Shown here: piece after piece, positions 18,349-28,023 of the stretch
Numbering within the stretch: position 1 is the stretch's first letter
How the letters are laid out: each line of letters begins with the position of its first letter
From: an uncultured Actinomycetes bacterium
GTDB lineage: Bacteria > Actinomycetota > UBA4738 > HRBIN12
DNA length: 64,000 bases
Direction of reading: 5' to 3'
Assembly (NCBI GenBank): GCA_963762075.1
Contig: CAVXJC010000008.1
Span: 91,543-155,542 of the forward strand
Made by a program: the position numbers and the translations under genes
Notes under the pieces: model-generated
What the model was told of the DNA's origin: nothing
Seen by the model: the letters and a program-made list of their open reading frames with translations, nothing else
The model's database searches: none

Positions 18349-18512
18349 GACGGCGACACCTTCACGCCGAACCCTCGCTCCCGGACCCCACGCAGCCGGC
18401 TCGAGAGGGCAAAGGGGCTCCGCCTCGAAGGCGGCGTCTGCTGGTGTACCCCTGGGCCGACGGCACGGGAGCGTGGGTCTCGACCGCGCGGCCCTCGAGG
18501 AGGGAACAGCAG
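18349..18512 (+). ncRNA. Candidate structured cis-regulatory leader RNA
   Basis: Several stems and two loop-to-distal complementarities found by eye; the last hairpin includes the RBS. Confidence 0.5.
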
Positions 18513-19178
18513 ATGACCACCGACAAGGCTCGCAAGAAGGCGACCCGCACCCGCATGACCAAGACCGGCGAACGCTACACGGCGGCCCGGCGACAGGTCC
18601 TGGGGGCTGCATCCATCGCGGAACCAGTGACGGAGGACCTCGGGCAGTCCGACGAAGCCATCCGGCGAGGCTCGGGCAAGGACTGGAAGCAGTGGTTGCG
18701 ACTGCTCGACGCGTGGCAGGCGACATCGCGGACGCATCGCGAGATCGCGCGCTACATGCACGACGAGCACGGAGTCGACGGTTGGTGGGCGCAAGCCGTG
18801 ACGGTCGGCTACGAGCGGGCGCGAGGGATGCGCGCCGTGAACCAGCGGGCCGACGGCAGCTACTGTGCCTACGCATCGAAGACCTTCGCGGTCGATGCGC
18901 TGACGCTGTCGAAGGTGTTCACCGAGGCACGGCGCCGCAGACGCTGGCTGGACCCGGGCACGCTGCGCGTGCGGACGTCACAACCCGGGCGCTCCGCGCG
19001 GTTCGACGTGAACGATGGCTCGGGAACGAGGATGTCCGCGTGGTTCACGCAGAAGAGCGAGCAGAGGTCCGCCGTGCATCTCCAGATCGACGGACTCGAG
19101 GACCCCGGCGAGGTCGAGCGAGCGAGAACGATCTGGAAGGAGCGACTGGGGGCGCTCGCCGAAACGTTCGCGCGGTAG
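18513..19178 (+). CDS. Uncharacterised protein with basic N-terminal motif and DUF4287-like domain
   Basis: GAGGAGG RBS; MTTDKARKKATRTRMTKTGERYTAARRQV; SGKDWKQWLRLLDAW..HGVDGWWAQAVTVGYE. Confidence 0.8.
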   Translation: MTTDKARKKATRTRMTKTGERYTAARRQVLGAASIAEPVTEDLGQSDEAIRRGSGKDWKQWLRLLDAWQATSRTHREIARYMHDEHGVDGWWAQAVTVGYERARGMRAVNQRADGSYCAYASKTFAVDALTLSKVFTEARRRRRWLDPGTLRVRTSQPGRSARFDVNDGSGTRMSAWFTQKSEQRSAVHLQIDGLEDPGEVERARTIWKERLGALAETFAR

Positions 19179-19225
19179 CGCGAGCGGTCCTGCCAACCCA
19201 GCCAGCCCGGACTCGGTCGCGTTGA

Positions 19226-20047
19226 TCAGACGTCGAGCAGCGCTCGGTAGAGCTCGTTGACGCTCACGCCGTGGCGATCGGCGACCGCGTGCGCCGCGTC
19301 CCGCTTGCGCATGCCACCCGACACCAGCTCACGCGCCTCATCGGCGCACGCCGACATGTCGGGTGCGGGCCGCACCCGCTCTCCTCCGATCACGACGACG
19401 ACCTCACCCTTGAGCTCTGATTCGCCGAGTCGCGACAACACCTTGCTCACCCGGCCACGAACGACCTGCTCGTGCAGCTTCGTCAGCTCCCGCACGACCG
19501 CGATCTCACGGTCGCCGATCGCAACGAGCACGTCACGCAACAGGGTCTGCACACGCAGCGGCGACTCGAACACGATGATCGTGCGCGGCTCGTGACGGAG
19601 CCCCTCGAGCCGGCGCACGCGCTCGCCCGGCTTCCGCGGCAAGAAGCCCTCGAACACGAACCGATCGGTCGGCAGACCCGAGACGACGAGCGCCGCGATC
19701 GCGGCCGACGGGCCGGGCACGACCTGCACCTCGACGCCGGCGTCGATGCAGGCGCGCACGAGCCGATAGCCGGGGTCCGAGACGGCCGGGGTGCCCCCGT
19801 CGCTCACGAGCGCGACGTCGTCGCCGTCGCCGAGCCGGCGCAACAGCTCGTCGAGGCGCTCACGCTCGTTGCCCTCGAAGTAGGAGATGAGCGGCACCTT
19901 GATCTTGAGACCCGCGAGCAGGCGCCCGGTGCGACGCGTGTCCTCGCACGCGATCAGGTCGACCTGACCGAACACCTCGCGGGCGCGCGTCGACAGATCG
20001 CCGAGGTTGCCGATCGGGGTCGCCACGAGCCACAAGGTTCCACCCAT
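19226..20047 (-). CDS. rsmI: 16S rRNA (cytidine1402-2'-O)-methyltransferase
   Basis: LVATPIGNLGD, ACEDTR, VSDGGTPAVSDPG, FEGFLP, RELTKLHE. Confidence 0.97.
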   Translation of the reverse strand: MGGTLWLVATPIGNLGDLSTRAREVFGQVDLIACEDTRRTGRLLAGLKIKVPLISYFEGNERERLDELLRRLGDGDDVALVSDGGTPAVSDPGYRLVRACIDAGVEVQVVPGPSAAIAALVVSGLPTDRFVFEGFLPRKPGERVRRLEGLRHEPRTIIVFESPLRVQTLLRDVLVAIGDREIAVVRELTKLHEQVVRGRVSKVLSRLGESELKGEVVVVIGGERVRPAPDMSACADEARELVSGGMRKRDAAHAVADRHGVSVNELYRALLDV

Positions 20048-20120
20048 GGCATCAGAGTGACACGATGAGCGCCCAGCGCCCACGGGCGGAAGTTCAGGAT
20101 GTTCATACGATGAGGCAACG

Positions 20121-20546
20121 ATGGCCCAGGGACACAAGGACTACTCGGCCACCCCGTTGTGGAAGAAGCTCGGCATCAGGCAGGGGTCACGGGTCGTGCT
20201 CGCCGACGCACCAGGCGGGTTCGACGATCTGCTCGAGGCACAGGCGCCGCTTCCCCCGGAGGTCGACTTCCTGGCGAGGGTCCTCAAGGGCATCGACGTC
20301 GCGGTGCTGTTCGTGACCCAGCGCCGGGTGCTGGAGCGCCGGTTCGGAGCGCTGCAGCGCTCGCTCGAGCCGAACGGACGACTCTGGGTCGCGTGGCCGA
20401 AGCAGGCGTCGAAGGTCGAGACCGATCTGTCGTTCGCCGTCGTGCAGCGCCACGGTCTCGACGCCGGGCTCGTGGACAACAAGACCGCCTCGATCACCGA
20501 TGTCTTCCAAGGGTGCCAGTTCGTGCTGCGACTCAGGGATCGGTAG
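20121..20546 (+). CDS. DUF3052-like protein
   Basis: YSATPLWKKLGI, LWVAWPK, GLVDNK. Confidence 0.8.
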   Translation: MAQGHKDYSATPLWKKLGIRQGSRVVLADAPGGFDDLLEAQAPLPPEVDFLARVLKGIDVAVLFVTQRRVLERRFGALQRSLEPNGRLWVAWPKQASKVETDLSFAVVQRHGLDAGLVDNKTASITDVFQGCQFVLRLRDR

Positions 20547-20583
20547 GCACCGGTCGCGAGGCCGCCGCCGGTAGGCTTGGCCG

Positions 20584-22137
20584 GTGTCAGCCCTGCGTCG
20601 ACGTCTGAACCGGCCTGCGGTCGCCGTGATCGCGGTCGCGGCGATCGCGGGCGTGATCAGGTTCGCGGCGGTCGACGACCCGCGCGAGCTCGTCTTCGAC
20701 GAGGTGTACTACGCGAAGGCCGGATGCGTGCAGGTCACACGGGCCTCCGACGACGTGTGCCTCGTGAAGCCCGGCGACGAGACCTACTGGCTCGAGCACG
20801 AGTGGGACATGGGCTCGTGGGTACACCCGCCGCTCGGCAAGTTGACGATCGGGTTCGGCATCGAGCTGTTCAGCATGAGCTCGTTCGGATGGCGGTTCAC
20901 GTCGGTGCTCGCGGGCGTCGGCGTGGCCGTGTTCACGGCGCTCATGGCCCAGCTGCTGTTCGCCAAGCCCGCCTGGTCGTTCGCGGCGGGCCTGTTGATC
21001 GCGGTCGAGGGGCTGAACGTCGTGCATTCGAGGATCGCACTGCTCGACATCCACCTGGCGTTCTGGGTGACGCTCGGGTTCCTGCTCCTGCTGTGCGATC
21101 GTCGCTGGATCGATCGTCGCGTCGCGGCTGTCGCCCCCGCATCCGACGTCGAGGCACCGCACGTCGATGACGGGCAGGCCGAAGAGACGGCATCCGCGCC
21201 GATGCCGAACCGAGTGCCGTCGCCGTTCTTCCGGCCCTGGCGCATGGCAACCGGCGCCGCGCTGGGGGCCGCGACAGCCGTCAAGTGGTCCGGAGCGATG
21301 GCGATCCCAGCGGCGATCGCGCTCACGTACCTCTGGGAGACCACCCGGCGCCGGCGCGGCGGGCTGGGCTACGGCCCTGCCATCCGCCGGACCCTCGGCC
21401 TCGAGACCCTCGGTATCGCCGTCGCGTTCGCCATCGTGCCGTTCATCGTCTACACCGTGACGTGGATCCCGTGGTTCGTGCACTTCGATGCGAGCCTCAA
21501 TGACTGGTTCAACCAGCATGTCGACATCGCCGAGTACCACCGCGGGCTTCGCTCGACCGAGCTCGACCCCGACACCGACACCTTCACTCCGACGCACGGC
21601 TACTACTCGAGAGCGTGGACGTGGATCCCGATGCTGCGGCCCGTGAGCTACTTCGTGCAGGACCTCGGACCCGACATCCGCCAGATCCTCGCGATCGGCA
21701 ACCCGGTGCTGTTCTGGGGCACCATGTGGACGATCCCGTATTGCGCCTGGGCATGGCGGCGAAAACGCGACTGGATACCCGGGTTCGTCGTGGTCGCGTT
21801 CGCGGGGCTGTACCTGCCGTGGTTCCTCGTCGCGCGACCGCAGTTCTTCTTCTACGCCCTGCCGTTCACCCCGTTCATGGCGCTCGCAGCCGTCTATGCG
21901 CTTCGCGACCTGGCGGCTGCCTACCTCGTGATCCGCGACAGCGAGACCGGCGAAGTCGCGCTCGACCCCGATTCAGGCCTGCCCGCGATCTCCCGACGAA
22001 AGCCGTACCTGCCGTTCGTCTGGGGGTACTTCGCGGCCGCCGTGGGCCTCTTCCTCTGGATGTGGCCGATCCTCACCGCCGGCCGAATCAGCGACACGCT
22101 GTGGAAGGCGCGAGTCTGGTTCCGTGGCTGGACATGA
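20584..22137 (+). CDS. pmt: Protein O-mannosyltransferase (PMT family)
   Basis: VFDEVYY, VHPPLGK, SRIALLD, AVKWSG, IGNP; multi-TM; divergent from rsmI as is usual in actinobacteria. Confidence 0.9.
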   Translation: MSALRRRLNRPAVAVIAVAAIAGVIRFAAVDDPRELVFDEVYYAKAGCVQVTRASDDVCLVKPGDETYWLEHEWDMGSWVHPPLGKLTIGFGIELFSMSSFGWRFTSVLAGVGVAVFTALMAQLLFAKPAWSFAAGLLIAVEGLNVVHSRIALLDIHLAFWVTLGFLLLLCDRRWIDRRVAAVAPASDVEAPHVDDGQAEETASAPMPNRVPSPFFRPWRMATGAALGAATAVKWSGAMAIPAAIALTYLWETTRRRRGGLGYGPAIRRTLGLETLGIAVAFAIVPFIVYTVTWIPWFVHFDASLNDWFNQHVDIAEYHRGLRSTELDPDTDTFTPTHGYYSRAWTWIPMLRPVSYFVQDLGPDIRQILAIGNPVLFWGTMWTIPYCAWAWRRKRDWIPGFVVVAFAGLYLPWFLVARPQFFFYALPFTPFMALAAVYALRDLAAAYLVIRDSETGEVALDPDSGLPAISRRKPYLPFVWGYFAAAVGLFLWMWPILTAGRISDTLWKARVWFRGWT

Positions 22138-22182
22138 CCGGCCGTCGCGCCAGCACGTCCGGCGCTCGATAGGCTCGCCGCC

Positions 22183-24165
22183 ATGACGAGCCGGGAACAC
22201 GTATCGATCGAGATGTCAGACGGTGTGCGCCTCGCGGCCACGCTCTATCGCCCCGACGGCGCGGGCCCCTGGCCCGCCGTGCTCGAGGCGCTTCCCTACC
22301 GGAAGGACGACGTGACCGGTCACTCCCGCAGCGAGTACCGGCGGCTCGCCGAGGCCGGCTACGTGCTCTGCCGGCTCGATGTTCGCGGCACCGGATCGAG
22401 CGAGGGGATCGCGACCGACGAGTACCCGGCAGTCGAGCGCACCGACATGGCGACCGTGATCGACTGGCTCGCCACGCAGCCCTGGTCGCTCGGCACGGTG
22501 GGCATGTACGGGTACTCGTACTCGGGGTTCAACAGCATCCAGATCGCGATGGAGCGCCCGCCGGCACTGAAGGCCATCATCCCGGTCTACGCCACCGACG
22601 ATCGCTACGGCGACGACGTGCACTACTACGGCGGCGCCGTGAAGCAGCTCGATCAGATCGACTACCCGACGTACATGGTGGCGATGAACGCGCTGCCCCC
22701 CGTGCCCGATGTGTACGGCGAAGGCTGGCGCGAGGAGTGGGATCGCCGCCTCGAAACCACCGAGCCCTGGGTGCTCACGTGGCTCGAACACCAGCGCCTC
22801 GACGACTACTGGAAGGCCGGATCGCTCTTCGTCGACTACGGGGCGATCGAGTGCCCGACCATGATCGTCGCCGGGTGGGCCGACGGATACCGCAACAACT
22901 CGCTGCGAACGTTCGAGCGACTGACGTGCCCCAAGCGCCTCGTGATCGGGCCGTGGGCGCACGCCTCGACCGACACGTCGATCCCGGGACCCAACCACGA
23001 TCTGATCCCCGAACATGTCCGGTGGTGGGACCGCTGGCTGAAGGGCATCGACAACGGCGTCGACCGCGAGCCGCCGATCGTGCTGTTCGCCCAGCGCTCG
23101 ACGCTGCCGGCGCCCGACCGCGCAGAGGTCCGCGGTGAGTGGCGATACGAGCCGACCTGGCCCGCCGATCGACTCCGCCCGACCGAGTGGAAGCTCGTCG
23201 ACTCGCTCGCCGAGCCGGACCACCCCGACGGAGGGTTCGACGAGCTCGAGGTGCGAGGCGACGTCGGTCATACGGCCTGGATCTCGTGCGCCGGTGTCAT
23301 GCCCTGGGGCCAGCCCGACGACCAGCGCCCCGACGAGCTGCACTCGCTCACGTACACATGGGAGCCGCTCGACCGCGAGCTCGAGATCCTGGGGCACGCC
23401 CGGTTGCGGGTGCGCGTGACCTCGAGCGCACCGGTCTCCTTCTTGTCGGCCAAGCTCTGTGACGTCTTTCCCGACGGCACGTCGTCGCTCGTGACGCGCG
23501 GCATGTTGAACCTCGCACACCGCGAGTCCCGGGAACATCCCTCGGCGCTCACCCCGGGCGAGGCGGTCGATATCGAGCTCGTGCTCGAGGCGATGTCGTG
23601 GACGTTCGAGCCCGGCCATCGGGTGCGGCTCGATCTCGCCGGCACCGATTGGCCGAACGCCTGGTCCCCGCCCGAGCCGGTCACGCTCTCGGTCGATCGC
23701 GCGTCGGCATCGTTGGAGCTCCCGGTGCTCGACGGCCCGACACCGGTCGACGAACGTCCCTCGCTCGCCCCGCCCAACCTCGGCGACCCCGACGAGGCGG
23801 GCACCTCAGGTGCTCCGCACGAGAGCGTGCGTTGGTCGGTCACGCATGAGGCGCTCACGCGCATCACGTCGGCGAACGCCGGCAGCACGTCCGAGAACGA
23901 AGCGACCGAGACCGTGCCGGCGATGCGGAGCCACTACGACGGCGTCGTCTCGGTCTCGACCGTCGACCCCGCACAGGCCGTCGCCAGAGGCGAGGCCGAA
24001 TTCGAGATGCGATGGCCCGAGGCGACGGTGATCTCACGAGCCGAATGCACCATCGCGAGCGACGCCTCCGCCTACCACGCGACCATCGACCTGGTCGTCC
24101 ACGAGGACGGTGAAGAACGCTTCCGTCGGCGATGGGAACGAGCGATCCCGCGTGACCTCACGTAG
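22183..24165 (+). CDS. CocE/NonD family hydrolase
   Basis: DGVRLAA, PYRK, DVRGTGSSEG, GYSYSG nucleophile motif, IGPWAH. Confidence 0.92.
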   Translation: MTSREHVSIEMSDGVRLAATLYRPDGAGPWPAVLEALPYRKDDVTGHSRSEYRRLAEAGYVLCRLDVRGTGSSEGIATDEYPAVERTDMATVIDWLATQPWSLGTVGMYGYSYSGFNSIQIAMERPPALKAIIPVYATDDRYGDDVHYYGGAVKQLDQIDYPTYMVAMNALPPVPDVYGEGWREEWDRRLETTEPWVLTWLEHQRLDDYWKAGSLFVDYGAIECPTMIVAGWADGYRNNSLRTFERLTCPKRLVIGPWAHASTDTSIPGPNHDLIPEHVRWWDRWLKGIDNGVDREPPIVLFAQRSTLPAPDRAEVRGEWRYEPTWPADRLRPTEWKLVDSLAEPDHPDGGFDELEVRGDVGHTAWISCAGVMPWGQPDDQRPDELHSLTYTWEPLDRELEILGHARLRVRVTSSAPVSFLSAKLCDVFPDGTSSLVTRGMLNLAHRESREHPSALTPGEAVDIELVLEAMSWTFEPGHRVRLDLAGTDWPNAWSPPEPVTLSVDRASASLELPVLDGPTPVDERPSLAPPNLGDPDEAGTSGAPHESVRWSVTHEALTRITSANAGSTSENEATETVPAMRSHYDGVVSVSTVDPAQAVARGEAEFEMRWPEATVISRAECTIASDASAYHATIDLVVHEDGEERFRRRWERAIPRDLT

Positions 24166-24196
24166 CGGTCGAGGAGCGAACCGACCCCGGAAACAC

Positions 24197-24230
24197 GAAT
24201 CCCCGGCGCGCTGGCCGGGGTTCGGTCTTG
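24197..24230. terminator. GC-rich hairpin between convergent genes
   Basis: CCCCGGC-GCGCTG-GCCGGGG followed by TTCGGTCTT. Confidence 0.4.
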
Positions 24231-24326
24231 ATGGGGATATCCCGACACCAACGGTACGCGCTTACGCACCGAGCGGCAATGCCGGGCCCGTATCCGTCAC
24301 GGAACGTTCACCTCGCGACGCGCCGT

Positions 24327-24866
24327 TCAGCCGATCGCCGGGTGCTCCGGACCCTCTCGAACCGCCCACAGGTTGCCTCGTCGGGTGCCGGCGGGCTCCT
24401 GCTTCCTCGTCTCGCTCGTGAGCGACGTGATCACGACCGGGTCCTCGCGGAAGAGCTCACTCGCTTGCAGGCAGACGAGCGACGACGGCTTGCCTGCCGG
24501 GAAGACCACCTGCTCCCTATCGGCGACCTGGCGATCGACGAACGTCGGCATAAGGAGGAGCAAGCCGAGCGGGGGCCACGAGTCAACGTCGAACTCGGGT
24601 ACCTTCTCGCTCATCTCCTCGGGCGTGGCGAGCCGGACCTCGGGGTCGTTCATCGCCCGGCGGACGAGCGTCAGGTCGAGCCGGCGATCCCACGGCACCA
24701 CCATGAGCGCGAACCCGAACCGCCCCGAGACGACATCGGTCCGCACCATCTCGCCGATGTCGATGCCGTGACGCTCCGCCGTGCGCTCCGCCACGTCGGA
24801 CTCGGGATCGGGGAAGACAACGAAAGGCACGCTCCGCCCGCTCAGGTAATCGAATACCGAGGACAC
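24327..24866 (-). CDS. YbaK/aminoacyl-tRNA deacylase-like protein
   Basis: GGAGGT RBS then GTG; RLDL..VRLATPEE..PEF..PPLG..FVD..VFPAG pattern. Confidence 0.75.
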   Translation of the reverse strand: MSSVFDYLSGRSVPFVVFPDPESDVAERTAERHGIDIGEMVRTDVVSGRFGFALMVVPWDRRLDLTLVRRAMNDPEVRLATPEEMSEKVPEFDVDSWPPLGLLLLMPTFVDRQVADREQVVFPAGKPSSLVCLQASELFREDPVVITSLTSETRKQEPAGTRRGNLWAVREGPEHPAIG

Positions 24867-24967
24867 GCCGAGCACCTCCGTCGTCGTCGCGCCGCATGCG
24901 CGGGTACGAATCGTACCCACGCCGCGCCCTCGAGAGGAAGGGCCGAACGGTCCCGGATCCTCGCTCT

Positions 24968-25679
24968 CTAGAATCCGGGTAGGCGTTCGCGGAAGGCGAT
25001 GTAGCCGATGCCCGCGCCGACGTCGAGCAGGAAGTGCGCGATCACGAACGGCCACGTGCGCCGCCATCGCAGGAAGAGCACCGAGAAGAGCAGGCCCATC
25101 GCGAGGTTCCCGAGGAAGCCACCCCAGCCCTGGTAGAGGTGGTAGGAGGCCCGCAGCAGCGAGCTTCCGGCGACAGCCGCGATCGGGGACCACGACAGCT
25201 GCCGCAACCGGGTCACGAGGTAGCCCAGCACGATGACTTCCTCGACGAGCGCGGCTTCCAGGGCAGAGAGCAGGAGCACCGGCACCGTCCACCAGTGACC
25301 GAGGGGCGGGGCGGGCACCACGAACCGGTTCACACCGAGCTCCACGGCAGCGAGGTAGAGGCCGACGCCGGCGAGGCCGATCACCGCGAACAGCGCGAGC
25401 CCCTTCGCGAGGTCGGGACCCGGGCGATCGACCGCGAAGCCGATGCCGGCGACCCCTTCACCAGAGCGCCGCAGCGAGGTGGACGACCAGGAACACGGGC
25501 GCTAAGCCGAAGACGATGCCGACGAGCTGCCGGGCGAGCTGTTGGCTCTGGTCCGCCGATGCGACGACGACGCCGGCGAGCGGCGCTTCCAGCAGGCTGA
25601 GGATCGCGTACACCGCGCTCGCGAGCAGCGAGAGCATGAGCACCACGACGACCTCTTCGATCCGGGTGCGCCGATCCAT
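24968..25679 (-). pseudogene. CPBP (CAAX/Abi) intramembrane metalloprotease, frameshifted
   Basis: EEVIVLGY, RASYHLYQG, AHFLLD; the N-terminal part joins in frame if one base at about 25475 is removed. Confidence 0.85.
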
Positions 25680-25770
25680 CGAGGTGATGGTACGCGGGGT
25701 CCTGTCGACCGGAGGCGCTGGGTCAGGCTCTAGACTTCGCCTCCGTGCGGCGCGTGGGAGGACCGGAGCG

Positions 25771-26991
25771 ATGGTGAGGAGCGACGCGGCCGACCTCGTG
25801 GTGGTCGGCGCCGGAACGGTCGGCGGCTGGGCCTCGGTCTTCGCGCGCGAGGCGGGCATCGGCCGCGTCGTCACGATCGACCGAGATCTCGCGGGGCAGG
25901 GTGCGTCGAGCCGCGCGGCGGGCATGGTGCGTGCGCAAGGGGGATCGCCCGACACGGTGCGACTCGGCAGCTGGTCGATCGGCTTCTACGAGGGACAAGC
26001 CGAGCGGTACGGCACCGACTCCGGGTTCGTCGGGCGCGGCTACGTGATCCTGGCTGTGTCGGCGACCGACGAGCGGGAAGCGCGCGAGCGCATCGAGATG
26101 CAGCGCGCGACCGGCCTCGACGCGTCGTGGGTCGACGCCGACGAGGTGCGCCGGCTGATCCCGGCGATGGAAGAAGGGACGGGGTTCCGTGGGGGCTCCT
26201 ACGTGGCGACCGACGGCTGGGTCGACCCTCCGCGGAACGTGCGCGCGTACTCGCTCGCGATGCAGCGCACAGGCGTCGAGCTGCGCGAAGGCGTGGCGTT
26301 CACCGGGCTCCGTACCCGGGCCGGTCGAGGCGGGCGCCGCATCGTCACGGGCGTCGAGACCACCGCGGGCACGATCACGACGGCGCGCGTGCTGCTCACG
26401 GGCGGTCCGGCGATGCAGTCGGTCGCGAGGACCGCGGGTGCACGGGCCTGGGTCGGCTACGCGCGCCACCAGGTGGTCGTGACCGCGGCGAGCAAGGCTC
26501 TGCACCCCGATACCACGGCGATGGCGTTCGACATCGGCGCTGGCATCTACTGGCGTCCCGAGGAGGGCGGCTTCCTCTGGGGCATGTCGAACCCCGACGA
26601 GGAGCCCGGCCCGGCTCGCGCGATCGACTGGCGCCACCTGCGGAAGATGGAGCGGCGCCTGCACCGGCTCGTGCCGGCCGCGAAGGGGCTCGGCATCAAG
26701 AAGGCGTGGGCCGCGACGATCGAGTACACGCCCGACCACCTTCCGCTCACGGGTCCGCTCGTCTCGCGCGACGGCGCCGAGGTGCAGGGGGTCTGGGTCG
26801 CGAGCGCGTGCGGCCACGGCATGATGTGGGGCCCCGCCGTCTCACGCATCGCCGTCGACCTCGCGCTCGAGGGCAGGACCGACGTGGTCGAACATGCCGA
26901 GCGCTTCCGCATGGATCGGTTCGACTCGAAGGGGCGCTCACCCTTCGTCGACCCGGTGGCGTTGCCGTTCCCCGTGAGGGTCGACGAATGA
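25771..26991 (+). CDS. FAD-dependent oxidoreductase (DAO/sarcosine oxidase beta-like)
   Basis: VVGAGTVG, GASSRAAG, DGWVDP, YTPDHLP, GHGMMWGP. Confidence 0.9.
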   Translation: MVRSDAADLVVVGAGTVGGWASVFAREAGIGRVVTIDRDLAGQGASSRAAGMVRAQGGSPDTVRLGSWSIGFYEGQAERYGTDSGFVGRGYVILAVSATDEREARERIEMQRATGLDASWVDADEVRRLIPAMEEGTGFRGGSYVATDGWVDPPRNVRAYSLAMQRTGVELREGVAFTGLRTRAGRGGRRIVTGVETTAGTITTARVLLTGGPAMQSVARTAGARAWVGYARHQVVVTAASKALHPDTTAMAFDIGAGIYWRPEEGGFLWGMSNPDEEPGPARAIDWRHLRKMERRLHRLVPAAKGLGIKKAWAATIEYTPDHLPLTGPLVSRDGAEVQGVWVASACGHGMMWGPAVSRIAVDLALEGRTDVVEHAERFRMDRFDSKGRSPFVDPVALPFPVRVDE

Positions 26992-26997
26992 ACGCTC

Positions 26998-27723
26998 TCA
27001 AGCGCCCGTGGCGCTCGCTGCCAGGTCGACGTCGACGAGGATGAGCTCGGAGATGGCACTCGCCTCGATTTCGATCGATGCCTCGTCGCGGACCTGGGCG
27101 GCCGAGCCGGTCTCCATTCGCTCGCCGTTGAGCGCCACGTCGCCTTCGATCACGTAGAGGTAGGCCCCGCGACCTGCCTGGAGATCGTGGCTCGCCGACG
27201 CCCCGGCGCTCAGGCGCGAGACGAACACGTGGGCGTCCTGGTGAACCAGCACCGCATCGCCTCCGTCACCGGAGATGACCTTCAGCAGGGTGTCGGTGCG
27301 GTCGTCGGTCGTGAACACCTTCTGTTCGACGCCGGGCTCCAGACCCCGCTGCGAGGGCATGATCCAGATCTGGATGAACCGCATCGGCTCGCTCTCGCTG
27401 GCGTTCTGCTCCGAGTGCCAGGCGCCGCGTCCGAGCGTCATGCGCTGCACCGAACCGGCGGGCAGCGGTCCCGGAGCGCCACCGACATCGTCCTGATGGC
27501 GGAAGGATCCCTCGACCACGTAGGTGAGCCCCTCGATGTCGCGGTGCGGGTGCATCGGCCAGATCGCGCCGGGTATCAAACGATCGTCGTTGAACACCCG
27601 AAGCGTGCCGAACTGCACGTACTCGGGGTCGAAGTACGAGTCGAACGAGTAATGCCAACGAGCGCGGAACCAATCGCCGTCGACGTCGCTGATCTCGTCG
27701 TCACGCCTGATCGTGATCGTCAC
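26998..27723 (-). CDS. Pirin family protein
   Basis: FGTLRVFNDD, HPHRDIE, HSEQN, FIQIWI, HQDA. Confidence 0.93.
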   Translation of the reverse strand: MTITIRRDDEISDVDGDWFRARWHYSFDSYFDPEYVQFGTLRVFNDDRLIPGAIWPMHPHRDIEGLTYVVEGSFRHQDDVGGAPGPLPAGSVQRMTLGRGAWHSEQNASESEPMRFIQIWIMPSQRGLEPGVEQKVFTTDDRTDTLLKVISGDGGDAVLVHQDAHVFVSRLSAGASASHDLQAGRGAYLYVIEGDVALNGERMETGSAAQVRDEASIEIEASAISELILVDVDLAASATGA

Positions 27724-27759
27724 TGCGAGGGCTCCGCAAGGTGCGTCGAGCGTCCTGCG

Positions 27760-27993
27760 CTACAGGAGCAGCACCGGACAGGTGAGCGTGCGTGTGATGC
27801 CCTCGAGCTCCTGCATCGGCATCACGGTGATCTTCGCGAGCTGGTCGAGATCGGCGGCCTCGGCCCGCGCGACCACGTCGTAGGGACCGGTGACGGGATC
27901 AACCGCGACCACGCCGTCGATGCCGCGGATCTGGTCGGTGACCTGGCCGGCTTTGCCCACCTCGGTCTGGATCAGGATGTACGCGTTGACCAC
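27760..27993 (-). CDS. Lrp/AsnC ligand-binding domain protein
   Basis: AYILIQTEVGKA, VTGPYDVV, ITRTLTCPV. Confidence 0.92.
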   Translation of the reverse strand: MVNAYILIQTEVGKAGQVTDQIRGIDGVVAVDPVTGPYDVVARAEAADLDQLAKITVMPMQELEGITRTLTCPVLLL

Positions 27994-28023
27994 GACGCCC
28001 CCTCGTCTGTCGTCGGTGTGTCG

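Noticed and set aside
18349-18512. T-box or SAM riboswitch controlling metG
   Set aside because: The element is oriented away from metG, metG has a -10 hexamer right by its start, and I saw no T-box or SAM-I consensus
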